Positions 42,177 through 51,352 of a DNA stretch of 64,000 nt are shown here, in pieces. Every line of letters begins with the position of its first letter. Within the stretch, counting starts at the first letter, position 1. Position numbers and translations under genes: made by a program. Where the stretch lies: positions 6,380 to 70,379 of the forward strand of contig JBJHCF010000003.1 in the NCBI GenBank assembly GCA_050506795.1, given 5' to 3'. Source of the DNA: Opitutia bacterium. GTDB taxonomy: Bacteria > Verrucomicrobiota > Verrucomicrobiia > Opitutales > T3Sed10-336. The notes under the pieces are model-generated. The model did no database searches. It saw nothing but the letters and a program-made list of their open reading frames with translations, and was not told the origin of the DNA.

Positions 42177-42779
42177 ATGATCAACGAATGGTGGACCGGG
42201 TTGGATTTCTCACTGCAGATATTCTACGGGATCGGGATCTTTGCTTTGTTTCTGCTCGTGTTGCAGTCACTCCTGCTCATGATCACCGGCGGTGACGACG
42301 GGGGTGACATCGATTTCGATCCGGGCACCACGGGAAGTTATTTTTCCTTCAAGGGACTCACCGCCCTGGCAATGGGATTCGGGTGGACCGGGGTGATTTG
42401 TATGAAGGCGGGCCTGTCGCCGGCGCTCGCCGCAGTGATCGGGGTGGTGGTGGGCATCGGTATCGAAGCCGCTTTTCTCCTCCTCATGGCCCAGGTGTCG
42501 CGGTTGCAGAGCGACGGCACCTTCAAAACGGAATCGGCGGTGGGGTGTTTCGGCACGGTGTACGTCACGGTGCCCCCCAAAAGCTCCGGTGCCGGCGAGG
42601 TGGTGATTAAGACCGGGACCCGCAGCGTGCACATTCGCGCGTTCACCGAGGGCGAGCGGCCCCTGCGAAACGGCGACGAAATAGAAGTCGTTGGCCTCCG
42701 GGGAACCGCGGTCCTGGTCAAACCGGTCGGCGGCGGCGAGGAAGCCGCGCCGGCCGCAGGGACGGCCCCGTCCAGTTGA
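42177..42779 (+). CDS. NfeD-like membrane protein (flotillin partner)
   Basis: Three TM segments, then OB-fold-like GTVYVTVP...GEV...EIEVVG...VLVKP; directly upstream of a flotillin gene. Confidence 0.8.
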   Translation: MINEWWTGLDFSLQIFYGIGIFALFLLVLQSLLLMITGGDDGGDIDFDPGTTGSYFSFKGLTALAMGFGWTGVICMKAGLSPALAAVIGVVVGIGIEAAFLLLMAQVSRLQSDGTFKTESAVGCFGTVYVTVPPKSSGAGEVVIKTGTRSVHIRAFTEGERPLRNGDEIEVVGLRGTAVLVKPVGGGEEAAPAAGTAPSS

Positions 42780-42839
42780 TTCTCGCGCGGCCCTTTTTTT
42801 CCGGCCGCGCTCGTTGCTTCAAACCACAAAAAAGAGATT

Positions 42840-44261
42840 ATGGAAATGGACATCATTATCGGACTCGGCGGGTTGCTCCTCCTGTTGCTCGTTTCATTGG
42901 CTGCGGCCTTTGCCTGTTACAAACGGTGTCGTTCGGACCAGATTCTGGTAGTGTACGGAAAAGTGGGTACGGGGGAGAGCGCCCGGTGTATCCACGGCGG
43001 CGCCGCTTTTGTCTGGCCGTTGCTGCAGGGGTACCAGTTCCTGGACCTGACCCCGATGAACGTTGACGCCAACCTGACCGGGGCACTTTCGCAACAGAAC
43101 ATTCGTATCGATGCCCCGGCCTCCTTCACCATCGGGATTTCGACCACTCCGGAAATCATGAAGAACGCGGCGGAGCGCCTGCTCGGTCTCAACCTGGGCA
43201 ACATCCGGGACATGGCGCAGGAAATCATCATGGGGCAGATGCGTCAGGTGATCGCCTCCATGACCATTGAGGAAATCAATTCCGACCGGGAGAAGCTGAT
43301 CGATGGTGTGACAAAATCCATAGCCACGGAATTGGACAAGATCGGGCTCCGCCTGATTAACGTGAACATTCGCGACGTGACCGATCAGGGGGGCTATATT
43401 GAGGCGCTCGGACAGGAAGCCGCCGCCAAGGCTGTCAACGAAGCCAAGGTCAAGGTGGCCGAAGCCCGTCGCTTCGGTGAGGTCGGCAGTGCTTTGGCGG
43501 ACAAGGAACGGACCGTGCAGGTGGCATCCGCACAGGCGGATGCCAAAGAGGGCGAGAACGAATCCGCCATCCGGGTTGCCGCTTCCGAAGCGACCCGCCG
43601 TTCCCGGGAGGCCGAGTACCTGGAGAAAGCGGAAACCTCGGAACGAATCGCCCAGGCGAATATCGAAGCCAACTCCTATGAGGCCAAAAAACGGGCGGAA
43701 GAGGCCAGGGCCGACGTCGAGCGGGCCACCCAGTACGCCAACGAAATCGTGCCGGCGGAAACGCAGCGTGACCGCATTCGGGTGCACGCCGAGGCCGAAG
43801 CGCAGAAGCAACGCGTGGAGGCGGAAGGCCGGGCCGATGCCATCCGTTCGGTGCAGAAGGCGGAAGCGGACGGTATTCAGGCCAAACTGGAAGGTCGCGC
43901 CGAAGGTTTCAAACGTTTGACCGAAGCCGCCGGAAGCCGTCCCGATCTCGCGATCAATTTGCTGATGGTCGAACAGATGCCCAACCTGGTCGAAGCGCAG
44001 GCGGAAGCCATCAAGAACCTCAAGATCGACAAGGTCACCGTCTGGGACGGTGGCGGCGCCAACGGCGAAGGCTCCACCAAGAACTTCGTTCGCAGCCTCG
44101 GGGGCGCCCTGCCGCCCCTGCACGCCATCGCCGCCCAGGCCGGAATCGAACTGCCGGAGTTTATGGGCCGGGTGCAAAGCGACCGCGAAATCAAAAAGTC
44201 GCCCGGTGAATCGAAACGCCCGGCGGGCAGTGATAATCGGAAGCAATCCAGCGAGGATTAA
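42840..44261 (+). CDS. Flotillin-like SPFH domain protein
   Basis: N-terminal TM; SDQILVVYGK, IHGGAAFVWP, GQMRQVIASMTIEEINSDRE, LINVNIRDVTD; AE-rich coiled coil. Confidence 0.93.
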   Translation: MEMDIIIGLGGLLLLLLVSLAAAFACYKRCRSDQILVVYGKVGTGESARCIHGGAAFVWPLLQGYQFLDLTPMNVDANLTGALSQQNIRIDAPASFTIGISTTPEIMKNAAERLLGLNLGNIRDMAQEIIMGQMRQVIASMTIEEINSDREKLIDGVTKSIATELDKIGLRLINVNIRDVTDQGGYIEALGQEAAAKAVNEAKVKVAEARRFGEVGSALADKERTVQVASAQADAKEGENESAIRVAASEATRRSREAEYLEKAETSERIAQANIEANSYEAKKRAEEARADVERATQYANEIVPAETQRDRIRVHAEAEAQKQRVEAEGRADAIRSVQKAEADGIQAKLEGRAEGFKRLTEAAGSRPDLAINLLMVEQMPNLVEAQAEAIKNLKIDKVTVWDGGGANGEGSTKNFVRSLGGALPPLHAIAAQAGIELPEFMGRVQSDREIKKSPGESKRPAGSDNRKQSSED

Positions 44262-44305
44262 TCCGCGCCCGGATTTAAAGCGCTACTGAACGTTGCGGGG
44301 ACCCC

Positions 44306-44341
44306 CGTCGGGGTCAGCCCTTAAAATAGGGGACCCCGACG
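44306..44341. terminator. Strong hairpin between convergent genes (terminator or REP-like)
   Basis: Perfect 10-bp arms CGTCGGGGTC/GACCCCGACG. Confidence 0.55.
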
Positions 44342-44360
44342 AACCCGGCCCGGGAGTGAG

Positions 44361-45392
44361 TCAAAAAGAGTAGCTCACCTGGACGCGGCTGTGGAGCAGC
44401 GTTTCGGTTCGACGTTCCTTTTGGGGGCGTTGCACGGAAAGCGGTGTGTAGAAGAAGCCTCCGGAGAGTTCCAGCCTATCGGTGATCGGATAGCTCATTC
44501 CCGCGGTGGCGGCCCAGGTGTAACCGTCGGTGTAGAGCCGGCGGTTGTCGCGGCGTACCGGGTTTTGCCGGGGGGCGTCCACCTCGAATTCCAAGTCCAT
44601 GTACTGCCCGGAGAGGCCCGCGTAGGTCACAAGATCCGTTTCCACTCCCGGGATTCCATCGAGACGGTAAGACACCGCCAGTTCGACTCCATGAACGATC
44701 GCCCGCAGCGTGTCGTTTGATGTTCCGGAACAGAACGGGGAGAATGCCGGTTCGTGCGTTCGGCCCTCGGGACAGGTGAAGGACCCGCGCACGTGGGAGT
44801 ATTGAGCGAAAACGCGGGCGCCCAGGCGAAACGATTCCGTTTCCCACAGGGGTCGGTTCAGGGAAACCGCGTACAGGGCGGCGCGGGCGTCAAACGCATC
44901 TAGCGGCGGCGCATAACTGAACGTCGCGGAAAAATCAGCCGGGAGGCCGATTGTGAGCCGCGGACGAAAGATCGCGGGCGCCTTGTTGAGGTCTTCCGGC
45001 TTGCTTCCCCCGAAACCCACCCGCTGTTCGTCTTCATCGAGCGTCGGCAGGTGGATGAATTCCAGGCTCAGGACGGTTTCCCAGGGCTCCATTGGTTTCG
45101 GCGCCCCGTAACCAGTGAACAACATGGCGGAGGCGAAGTACTTCATCGCCCAGGCTTCCGGCGCACGATGAAAGTCGACTTCCTCTGATGGCGCCTGTTG
45201 TCCGTAGGCGGGAACAGGGCCTCCGCCAAGTGCTGGAATCAAGATGAAACAAAAGACGATCCCTGTCCGATAACCCGGCGAGCTTTGGAGGCCGAAGCGC
45301 CTGGTTTTCGCATGCGAGAAACGGTTGCCGGTGTCGGTTGGTGAGGTCTTGTTCATGCGGTCGCCGTACGGTTGTCGATTCTCCGCGTTCAT
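44361..45392 (-). CDS. Putative outer-membrane beta-barrel protein
   Basis: Alternating amphipathic strands; C-terminal VQVSYSF with terminal Phe; one short Cys pair. Start codon uncertain. Confidence 0.6.
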   Translation of the reverse strand: MNAENRQPYGDRMNKTSPTDTGNRFSHAKTRRFGLQSSPGYRTGIVFCFILIPALGGGPVPAYGQQAPSEEVDFHRAPEAWAMKYFASAMLFTGYGAPKPMEPWETVLSLEFIHLPTLDEDEQRVGFGGSKPEDLNKAPAIFRPRLTIGLPADFSATFSYAPPLDAFDARAALYAVSLNRPLWETESFRLGARVFAQYSHVRGSFTCPEGRTHEPAFSPFCSGTSNDTLRAIVHGVELAVSYRLDGIPGVETDLVTYAGLSGQYMDLEFEVDAPRQNPVRRDNRRLYTDGYTWAATAGMSYPITDRLELSGGFFYTPLSVQRPQKERRTETLLHSRVQVSYSF

Positions 45393-45439
45393 GCCGTTGA
45401 TTCCTCGTTCAGGTTTAACTTTCAGTCGATCGCGCGCGG

Positions 45440-46225
45440 CTACTCCACCCTAACCCGGTAAAACCGCGACGGTTCCTCCGGATCGGCATCGGAGATCTGC
45501 ACCGGGTCGCCATTGCCTTCGATCACTTCGAGCACCTGCCATTCCAGGGTGTCCAGCGGGCCTTCGAGCGCGTTGACGTATTCCACCGTGTAGGTGCGGT
45601 CGGGCTCGGTGGAGAAAGAAAGTTCGACGACGCCATCGTTAAAGACGACATTCAGCGACCCGGGCGTCTCCGGTTCCGCCGGCGGAGGCGTCAGTTCCGC
45701 GGTGTCGCCGGCGAAGTTCCGCACCGTTGCCGGTTCCACCACGTCTCCGTTCCGGTCCAGGGAACGAAAACCGTCGGTCGGGATGAAATCGTAGGTCAGA
45801 ATATTGTGGGGGGAGGCCCAGGCCATATCCTCCATGTCGAAGGTGGCGGTATTTTCGAACACAACACGGATAAAGTTTTCCGGTATGATAAAATCCGGTT
45901 CCACCCCCTCGATCGGCCCGGTGGCCAGAAGCATGAAACGTCCCGCCGTGGATTGACCGCCCGTGTCCAGGTTTGACGGAAACGTATAGCTTTGCTGGTC
46001 TTCCCCGCCGTCACGGTAGGTGAATATCGTCTGCCCTGCCACGAATTCTTCGTTCGAGGAGGGATTGAACATTTGTATGAATTGCACGGAGCCGTCCGCA
46101 TTGGAGTAGATTTGCCGGATCTCCCAGAGATGAAATATTCCGTAGGCACGTTCGCATACGAAAAGACCTGCTGAGATCATCAGGGCCGATAAGGCGCAAC
46201 CTTTAAGGCGTTTACAGGGGCTCAT
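45440..46225 (-). CDS. Secreted protein (FHLW...YSNADGSVQF domain) with a short version of the recurring C-terminal domain
   Basis: Signal peptide; tail YTVEYVNALE...W...RFYRVRVE. Confidence 0.75.
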   Translation of the reverse strand: MSPCKRLKGCALSALMISAGLFVCERAYGIFHLWEIRQIYSNADGSVQFIQMFNPSSNEEFVAGQTIFTYRDGGEDQQSYTFPSNLDTGGQSTAGRFMLLATGPIEGVEPDFIIPENFIRVVFENTATFDMEDMAWASPHNILTYDFIPTDGFRSLDRNGDVVEPATVRNFAGDTAELTPPPAEPETPGSLNVVFNDGVVELSFSTEPDRTYTVEYVNALEGPLDTLEWQVLEVIEGNGDPVQISDADPEEPSRFYRVRVE

Positions 46226-46388
46226 ACCGGATCTCCTTCCTCATTTTGTGGTGGTAAGAACGAATCTGGCCATCCGTCAGGGCAGTGGAGCCAGCAGCAG
46301 GCTCGGAGCCAGATCAGGTTGTATCGGAAGGCAAAAATATAAATTTCGAGTTGTCAAACAAAAATATTTCTACACTATAAATCTTCAA

Positions 46389-46955
46389 ATGATTGCTTCC
46401 CGTCTATCAGTCGTTTTGTTGGTGGCCGCTCTGTTATTCGCCCGCCAAGACGTTAATGCCGATGCTCCGGTGACGTTGCAGGTCGATAAGGAAAACTCCC
46501 ACATCGTGGCCCACGTCAAGGCAACCGGGCACCGGTTCGAAGCTGTTGTGACCGACTTTGAACTCGACCTTTTTTGGGATCCCGAGTCCGGCCGTATCAG
46601 CGGAGCCCGGCTGGTTTTTGATTTCGAAGATGTCGAGACCGGTCGCTCCCGCCGGGATCGGGAGATGTTGGAATGGCTCGATCACGATACCTATCCGGAG
46701 GCGACCTTTATCCTCAATACGATCGAGGAGGTGGACGGCGAAACGGTGGCAAGCGGAACGTTTTCGCTTTACCGGACCGAGCGCGACATTGAGTTTCCGG
46801 TCACCCTCGAGGAGAGGGACGGCGTCCTGCACGTCCGCGCCGAAACGATCCTGGATCATCGCGACTGGGAACTCGAAACGATTCGAGCCATGCTCTTCAT
46901 GACGGTCGATCCCGAACTCGAAATCAAGATCGACATTCGGGCCGCGCTGCCCTGA
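46389..46955 (+). CDS. YceI family protein
   Basis: VDKENSHI, VETGRSRRDREM..WLDHDTYPEATF, GTFSLYRTERDIEFPV, LDHRDWEL. ATG 46389 preferred. Confidence 0.85.
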   Translation: MIASRLSVVLLVAALLFARQDVNADAPVTLQVDKENSHIVAHVKATGHRFEAVVTDFELDLFWDPESGRISGARLVFDFEDVETGRSRRDREMLEWLDHDTYPEATFILNTIEEVDGETVASGTFSLYRTERDIEFPVTLEERDGVLHVRAETILDHRDWELETIRAMLFMTVDPELEIKIDIRAALP

Positions 46956-47140
46956 GTCGTGTTTCAAGGGAATGCGGCGCAGTGCGAGATGCTCTTTGGA
47001 GTGCCCTGATCTTACCCTGCGTTGGCGAGTTTCCTTAAAATCACGTATTTTCCCGCCTGCAAATCCAGTCGGGGGTTGCCGAAAATGAAGCCGATCTCGA
47101 ACGGTTCCTCAAACGCTGAACCTGCTTAGCCGTGCCCTTC

Positions 47141-47185
47141 ACCGTAGCGCCGATCTTCAGACGGCGTCACCAAGCGACCGACAAA
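47141..47185 (+). repeat. REP-like element, family A, copy 2
   Basis: 41/45 nt identical to 2476-2520. Confidence 0.7.
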
Positions 47186-47236
47186 CCGGCCGTGCCTCGA
47201 AACCGGAACCCGCTTCGCCCGAAGAAAGAATGGTCA

Positions 47237-47334
47237 CACGGAGGCACGGAGACACGGAGGGTAAGGCAGCAGAACCAGGAACCAGGAACCCCCAAACCGA
47301 CCTTCAACCACAGATACCGCAGATGGGCACAGAT
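47237..47334 (+). repeat. Cluster of short tandem repeats: CACGGAG(G/A) x3, AACCAGG x2, C(A/G)CAGAT x3
   Basis: Read directly at 47237-47260, 47273-47290 and 47309-47334. Confidence 0.7.
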
Positions 47335-47371
47335 TGGGGCGAGGGGCGAGGGCGAGCGGTGGGAGACGCGA

Positions 47372-47415
47372 TCAGGACATAGGTAACACTTTGGGTTCAG
47401 GACATGGGTAACACT
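47372..47415 (+). mobile_element. Probable IS481-family terminal remnant (tandem TCAGGACAT(A/G)GGTAACACT)
   Basis: A 19-nt unit is repeated at 25-nt spacing (47372-47390, 47397-47415) and resembles the repeated subterminal motif of IS481-type ends. No transposase follows. Confidence 0.45.
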
Positions 47416-47557
47416 CTATCGTTGCGATTATGCCATATCAGCATGGTCTGGTTATTGATAAATACGGGCTTGCAATGTTCGATGTTCTTGTCGAACGAGG
47501 TACGTCGGGCGGTTCAACGTAACGAGCGAATGAGATTGATATGAATGTGCGGCCTTA

Positions 47558-47890
47558 ATGGTAATTTTCACCAGTGATAACGGCCCTGAGTCGATTGCGT
47601 ACGAGCGTAATCTAAATCATGGACACTACATACATAACACCTATCGCAACGCGTATGCGATCAGGCATGATGAATGGCTTCTTATCGCCGCTGAAACGGG
47701 TGGGATTTCTGACGTTCCCTCCTGGTTTGATGAAGAGAGAGGCTACGTTAAGAACGAATATCCGGGCGAACTCTATAACCTCGTGAACGACCTGGGACAG
47801 AAGCACAACCTGTATGGTGAGAAGCCTGATAAGGTGGAGGAGTTGACCGTGCTTTTGAAAGAAATTAGGACTAAAGGCCAAGTGCGTTGA
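47558..47890 (+). pseudogene. Sulfatase remnant (5'-truncated and internally deleted)
   Basis: VIFTSDNGP is joined almost directly to C-terminal IHNT..YAIRHDEWLLI...ELYNLVNDLGQKHNL; no N-terminal CxPxR motif. Confidence 0.75.
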
Positions 47891-47905
47891 TACCCCCTTG
47901 TTATT

Positions 47906-48895
47906 GTGCAGAGAGCTGAGATCCGACAGGACGACTTCGATTTTGCTCGCATCTATTGCGGTCGTCATTGGTCTGAAATAGACGGAGAGCGTATCCACGT
48001 CACCGAGCGAAACGCGCAGGATTCACTCGAGTTTCTGAGAGAACGTCCGGCCGATCAGCCTTTTGTGCTCAGCCTTTCCTTTTTTGCTCCCCACGCCGAG
48101 GACTCCGCGGAAGAGCAATATCTGCCGCAGGACTGGAGTGCGAAATACTATGAAGGCGTGAAAATACCCGAGTCGGAGACGATGGATGTAGCCTACCTGG
48201 AGGCGCTGCCGGAATTTCTGTCCCACGAGTCCAACGAAGGACGAGTCCGTTTTCATTGGCGTTTCGATACGCCGGAGCGATATCAGGAATACATGACAAA
48301 CTATTTCCGTCTCATCACGGAGGTGGATGAAGCGGTCGGGCGACTCATTGCGGAGCTCAAGGAGCAAGGGGTGTATGAAAACACCTTGATCATTTTCATG
48401 GGTGACAATGGCTATTTTTACGCCGATCGCGGTCTGGCGGACAAGTGGTATCCGTATGAGGAGTCGATTCGGGTTCCTTTGATCGTATACGACCCCCGGT
48501 TGCCGGCGGAGGAACGTGGAATCACCCGGGATGAAATGGTTCTGAACATTGATTTGGCGCCAACCATCCTTGCGGCCGCGGGCTTACCGGTTCCGGAGGT
48601 TGTGCAAGGCGAAGATCTGGCGCCGCTTTATCTGAGTGCTGAGCGCCCGCAGTGGCGCGAGGAGTTTTTATATGAGCATCCGACCATCACCAACAGGAAT
48701 CGTATTCCAACGTCACACGCCGTGGTGCGACGGGACCTGAAATACGCCCATTGGCCGGAGTGGGACTATGAGCAGCTCTTCGATTTGCGGGTGGACCCTA
48801 CAGAGAAGTCGAACCAAGTGGACAACCCCGCTTACGCGAGCGAATTGACGGAAATGCGGCAGCGGTTGGCAGAGTTGCTGGAGGCTGCGAAATGA
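47906..48895 (+). pseudogene. 5'-truncated sulfatase
   Basis: PFVLSLSFFAPH, NTLIIFMGDNGY, KWYPYEESIRVPLI, NIDLAPTIL, LFDLRVDPTEKSN. The signal peptide and formylglycine CxPxR motif are missing. Confidence 0.75.
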
Positions 48896-49022
48896 TCCTG
48901 TTTATCGAACGCAAACCCAGCCGAAGTCGGGTGAAAGCGATTCTTTGTTGGTTCGAATAGGAATCTCCTGAAAACCACGCAAGCCAGGGAGTTAATATGA
49001 AGAAATGGAACATGAGCCCAGG

Positions 49023-49270
49023 ACCGGGAACGGCGATCTCAATAATCAGGGCACGCACGAACTCGACATCGCCCGATGGGCGCTCGATCCCGAGATGCAT
49101 GATCGTCATCCCACCCGTGTCATGTCCCTCGGTGGACGTTATGTCTGGGATGACCAGGGGGAGACCCCGAACAAGTGAATGCGAGTATGCACGAAGGCCA
49201 TTACGCGAGCGCTCTGGGGCACCTGATGAATAATTCCTGCCGGCTCGGCGTGGAAAAACCGTTTTCCCGC
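49023..49270 (+). pseudogene. Two fragments of a Gfo/Idh/MocA oxidoreductase
   Basis: Manual translation: 49023-49178 TGNGDLNNQGTHELDIARWAL...VMSLGGRYVWDDQGETPN*, and 49187-49270 MHEGHYASALGHLMNNSCRLG in another frame. Both match middle and C-terminal motifs of PVC oxidoreductases. Confidence 0.65.
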
Positions 49271-49271
49271 G

Positions 49272-49595
49272 ATGCATTCCCCTCCGAGTATGCTTCGGCA
49301 GCTTTATGAGCAACAGCAGGCCTGCCGGCCCGAAGACATCAATGATGGGCGCGTCTACGGCCCCGATCTTGATTACGAGGAAGCCGACGAGCGGCCCGGC
49401 CCCTCCGCATGGATCGACGGAGAGTGGAAGTTACATCGCCGCGCTGGCGATCACTTGCTGTTCCACCTCGGCGACGATGAGGGGGAGCAAAACAACCTGA
49501 TTGATCGACACCCCGAGCGCGCTGAGCAAATGCGAATCGAACTCCACCAGTGGGAAGAATCGGTCATACGCAGCATGCGCGGCGAGGATTACTGA
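49272..49595 (+). pseudogene. Sulfatase C-terminal fragment
   Basis: AWIDGEWKLH...LLFHLGDDEGEQNNLIDRHPERAEQM...W...V..S..G.DY, a typical sulfatase C-terminus. Confidence 0.7.
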
Positions 49596-49928
49596 GTGAA
49601 TGTCATCGTGCTTCCCAGGCCGGATGCTGGGCATCTCGGCGCGCCGATATCGACCTTATCGGTCAGGAACAAAAGTCTGCCGCGAGTGAACCGCGAGGTT
49701 TCTTCGACTGGCTCAGCCTGCGGATTCCGATCGGCGGACGCATGCAAGGAAAGCAAACCTGCGAGGGTTTGAAGAGAACCGGACCACCGATGGAGCAAAA
49801 AGAACGATTCGCTGTAACGGCCGAGTCGGACTGATTCACGATCAGCGAGCTTTGCCGCCGCCGGGGAAGAAATTTTGTGGGAAACCTAGGGCTTTTTGGG
49901 CCTTTCCGAGTAGTCTGAACAGTGAAAG

Positions 49929-49963
49929 GTAGAGGGCCATTCACCCTTACGGATGAATGGCCC
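49929..49963 (+). repeat. GTAG-led palindrome (REP-like, family C; may also terminate the minus-strand gene ending at 49978)
   Basis: GTAG-A-GGGCCATTCA-N10-TGAATGGCCC, with perfect 10-bp arms. Confidence 0.55.
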
Positions 49964-49977
49964 GGGCCACACGGATT

Positions 49978-50109
49978 TTATTTTTTCTTCACCGCTGTTC
50001 CCGTTTGCTGAAAAAGGGCAAGGTGCTTTTTCCTCTTTTTCGCTTTTTTCGTTTTTGTCTGCTCATGCGCAGCCTTTTTATTGATCGCTTTCGGAGATTT
50101 GTCACCCAT
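49978..50109 (-). CDS. Small Lys-rich protein (43 aa, MGDKSPK...), in frame with the upstream gene
   Basis: GAAAGGAAA Shine-Dalgarno-like sequence immediately upstream of ATG 50109; strongly basic 43-aa product. Confidence 0.5.
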   Translation of the reverse strand: MGDKSPKAINKKAAHEQTKTKKAKKRKKHLALFQQTGTAVKKK

Positions 50110-50757
50110 GTCTAATTTCCTTTCGTGTCTTGTTGTGTTGGTTTGTGTTGCCGTTTCATCCGGCAAGATTTTCACGTTTGTCTCAAGTCTCGTTCCATTG
50201 AGACTTCCGGCTGGGGTAAGATTCTTCATCCATGACCCCGCTCCCACCGTTCGAACATCTTCGATTGTGTAAAAGGGAACGGGTTGCAGGGACCTGATAA
50301 ACTTCAAAAGATCCTTTAGTCTGCGGCGCTCGGATACTATCAGAAATATCTCAACGCCTCCCTTGGATCCGGCCGCCTGAACCGAGGTAACACCATAGGA
50401 TCTCTCGCTGAGTCCCTGCAACAATCCCGAAGACCCTCCAACGGTTATGACACGAACGATCTGGTACCCTAATGCCAGTTTTTCTTCAATCAACATGCCA
50501 ACGTACGTACCCGCCGAGACGCCTCCAGCCCAGGCAATGAAACACGCCCAGTTGTTAAGGTTTTGCATGACCTGGGTGATTGCGATGAGCCAAATGCTTA
50601 CCTCAATGAATGCCAGGCCCGGAACCAATAGTCGAAATCCTTTGTAGATTAGAATTTGGCGTAATGTTGCCAGGGTCACATCGATAAGCCTCGCAAAGAA
50701 TATCAAACCGGGCATCAAAACCCAGGAGATGTAGTCGAAATTGAAAAAGGAATCCAT
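49978..50757 (-). CDS. DUF2179/DUF5698 (UPF0316-like) membrane protein, reading through into the small Lys-rich ORF
   Basis: LIFFARLIDVTLATLR...FIEVSIWL...GTYVGMLIEEKLALGYQIVRVIT...GVTSV.A.GSKG.V...FYTIEDVR. Confidence 0.85.
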   Translation of the reverse strand: MDSFFNFDYISWVLMPGLIFFARLIDVTLATLRQILIYKGFRLLVPGLAFIEVSIWLIAITQVMQNLNNWACFIAWAGGVSAGTYVGMLIEEKLALGYQIVRVITVGGSSGLLQGLSERSYGVTSVQAAGSKGGVEIFLIVSERRRLKDLLKFIRSLQPVPFYTIEDVRTVGAGSWMKNLTPAGSLNGTRLETNVKILPDETATQTNTTRHERKLDMGDKSPKAINKKAAHEQTKTKKAKKRKKHLALFQQTGTAVKKK

Positions 50758-50991
50758 CGATGCTTTATGCAAAACCAATAATGAAGAATCTATTTCCGGC
50801 TAATCTAAGAAACCGGTGACCGCATAACCTATCTTCAGGTGGATAGTTCAGGAACCACCTGAATACCGTCACCCTACAGGTATTAAGAGCACAATGCCTC
50901 AACGCTCGAGGGCTGACTCATGAAGACCATCAAGCGGCCATGAGCCTGCACCTCCAGTCCGCGGCACCTGAGTGCCGATAGACAGGCGAAT

Positions 50992-51345
50992 GTGCGCCAG
51001 CGCGAGTGAATTAGCGTAATTCCGGTTCGAGCCGGAAAGTGGGGAAGGTGGCCCGATGATCTCAGGGGAGGGTGCAATTGGAGCGTAACACCCTCGCTGC
51101 CGCGATCATCGGGATAGCGGAAGGAAGATCAAACTGAACGCTCCGTGAACAAGCCGATAAAGAATAAACAGCGATAAACTCATTCGAATTATGATTTTAT
51201 CCCTTTCGTCTCGTATGTCAAATGGAAAGATGATCGATTTACCGAATGTATGGTGTTTGGTCGGGGTGAAGATTCAAAGTCTTCCATAAGCCCGCAGGTG
51301 TGGCGTTGATCTGGCCGCCGTTGTGTAGAATTCAATACCCAACGC
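50992..51345 (+). mobile_element. Probable 5' fragment (domain I) of a group II intron, IIB-like; ORF and domains V/VI absent
   Basis: Starts GTGCG. Nested hairpins TTCCGG-TTCGAG-CCGGAA and CCCGATGATC...GAGGGTG...CACCCTC...GATCATCGGG, followed by GCGGAAGGAAG, CTGAACGC, AAGCCGATAAAG and CATAAGCCC, which I recall from chloroplast-like bacterial group IIB introns. Not verified by a covariance model. Confidence 0.55.
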
Positions 51346-51352
51346 ATCCCCC

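Noticed and set aside
47007-47125. Short minus-strand open stretch AFEEPFEIGFIFGNPRLDLQAGKYVILRKLANAG
   Set aside because: Looks protein-like and may be another gene remnant, but it has no start codon and I cannot assign a family.
49600-49920. Several short overlapping ORFs after the last sulfatase fragment
   Set aside because: No recognisable motif in any frame.
51020-51037. GGTTCGAGCC motif resembling a tRNA T-arm
   Set aside because: No acceptor stem, D-arm or anticodon arm can be built around it; better explained as a stem in the putative intron fragment.
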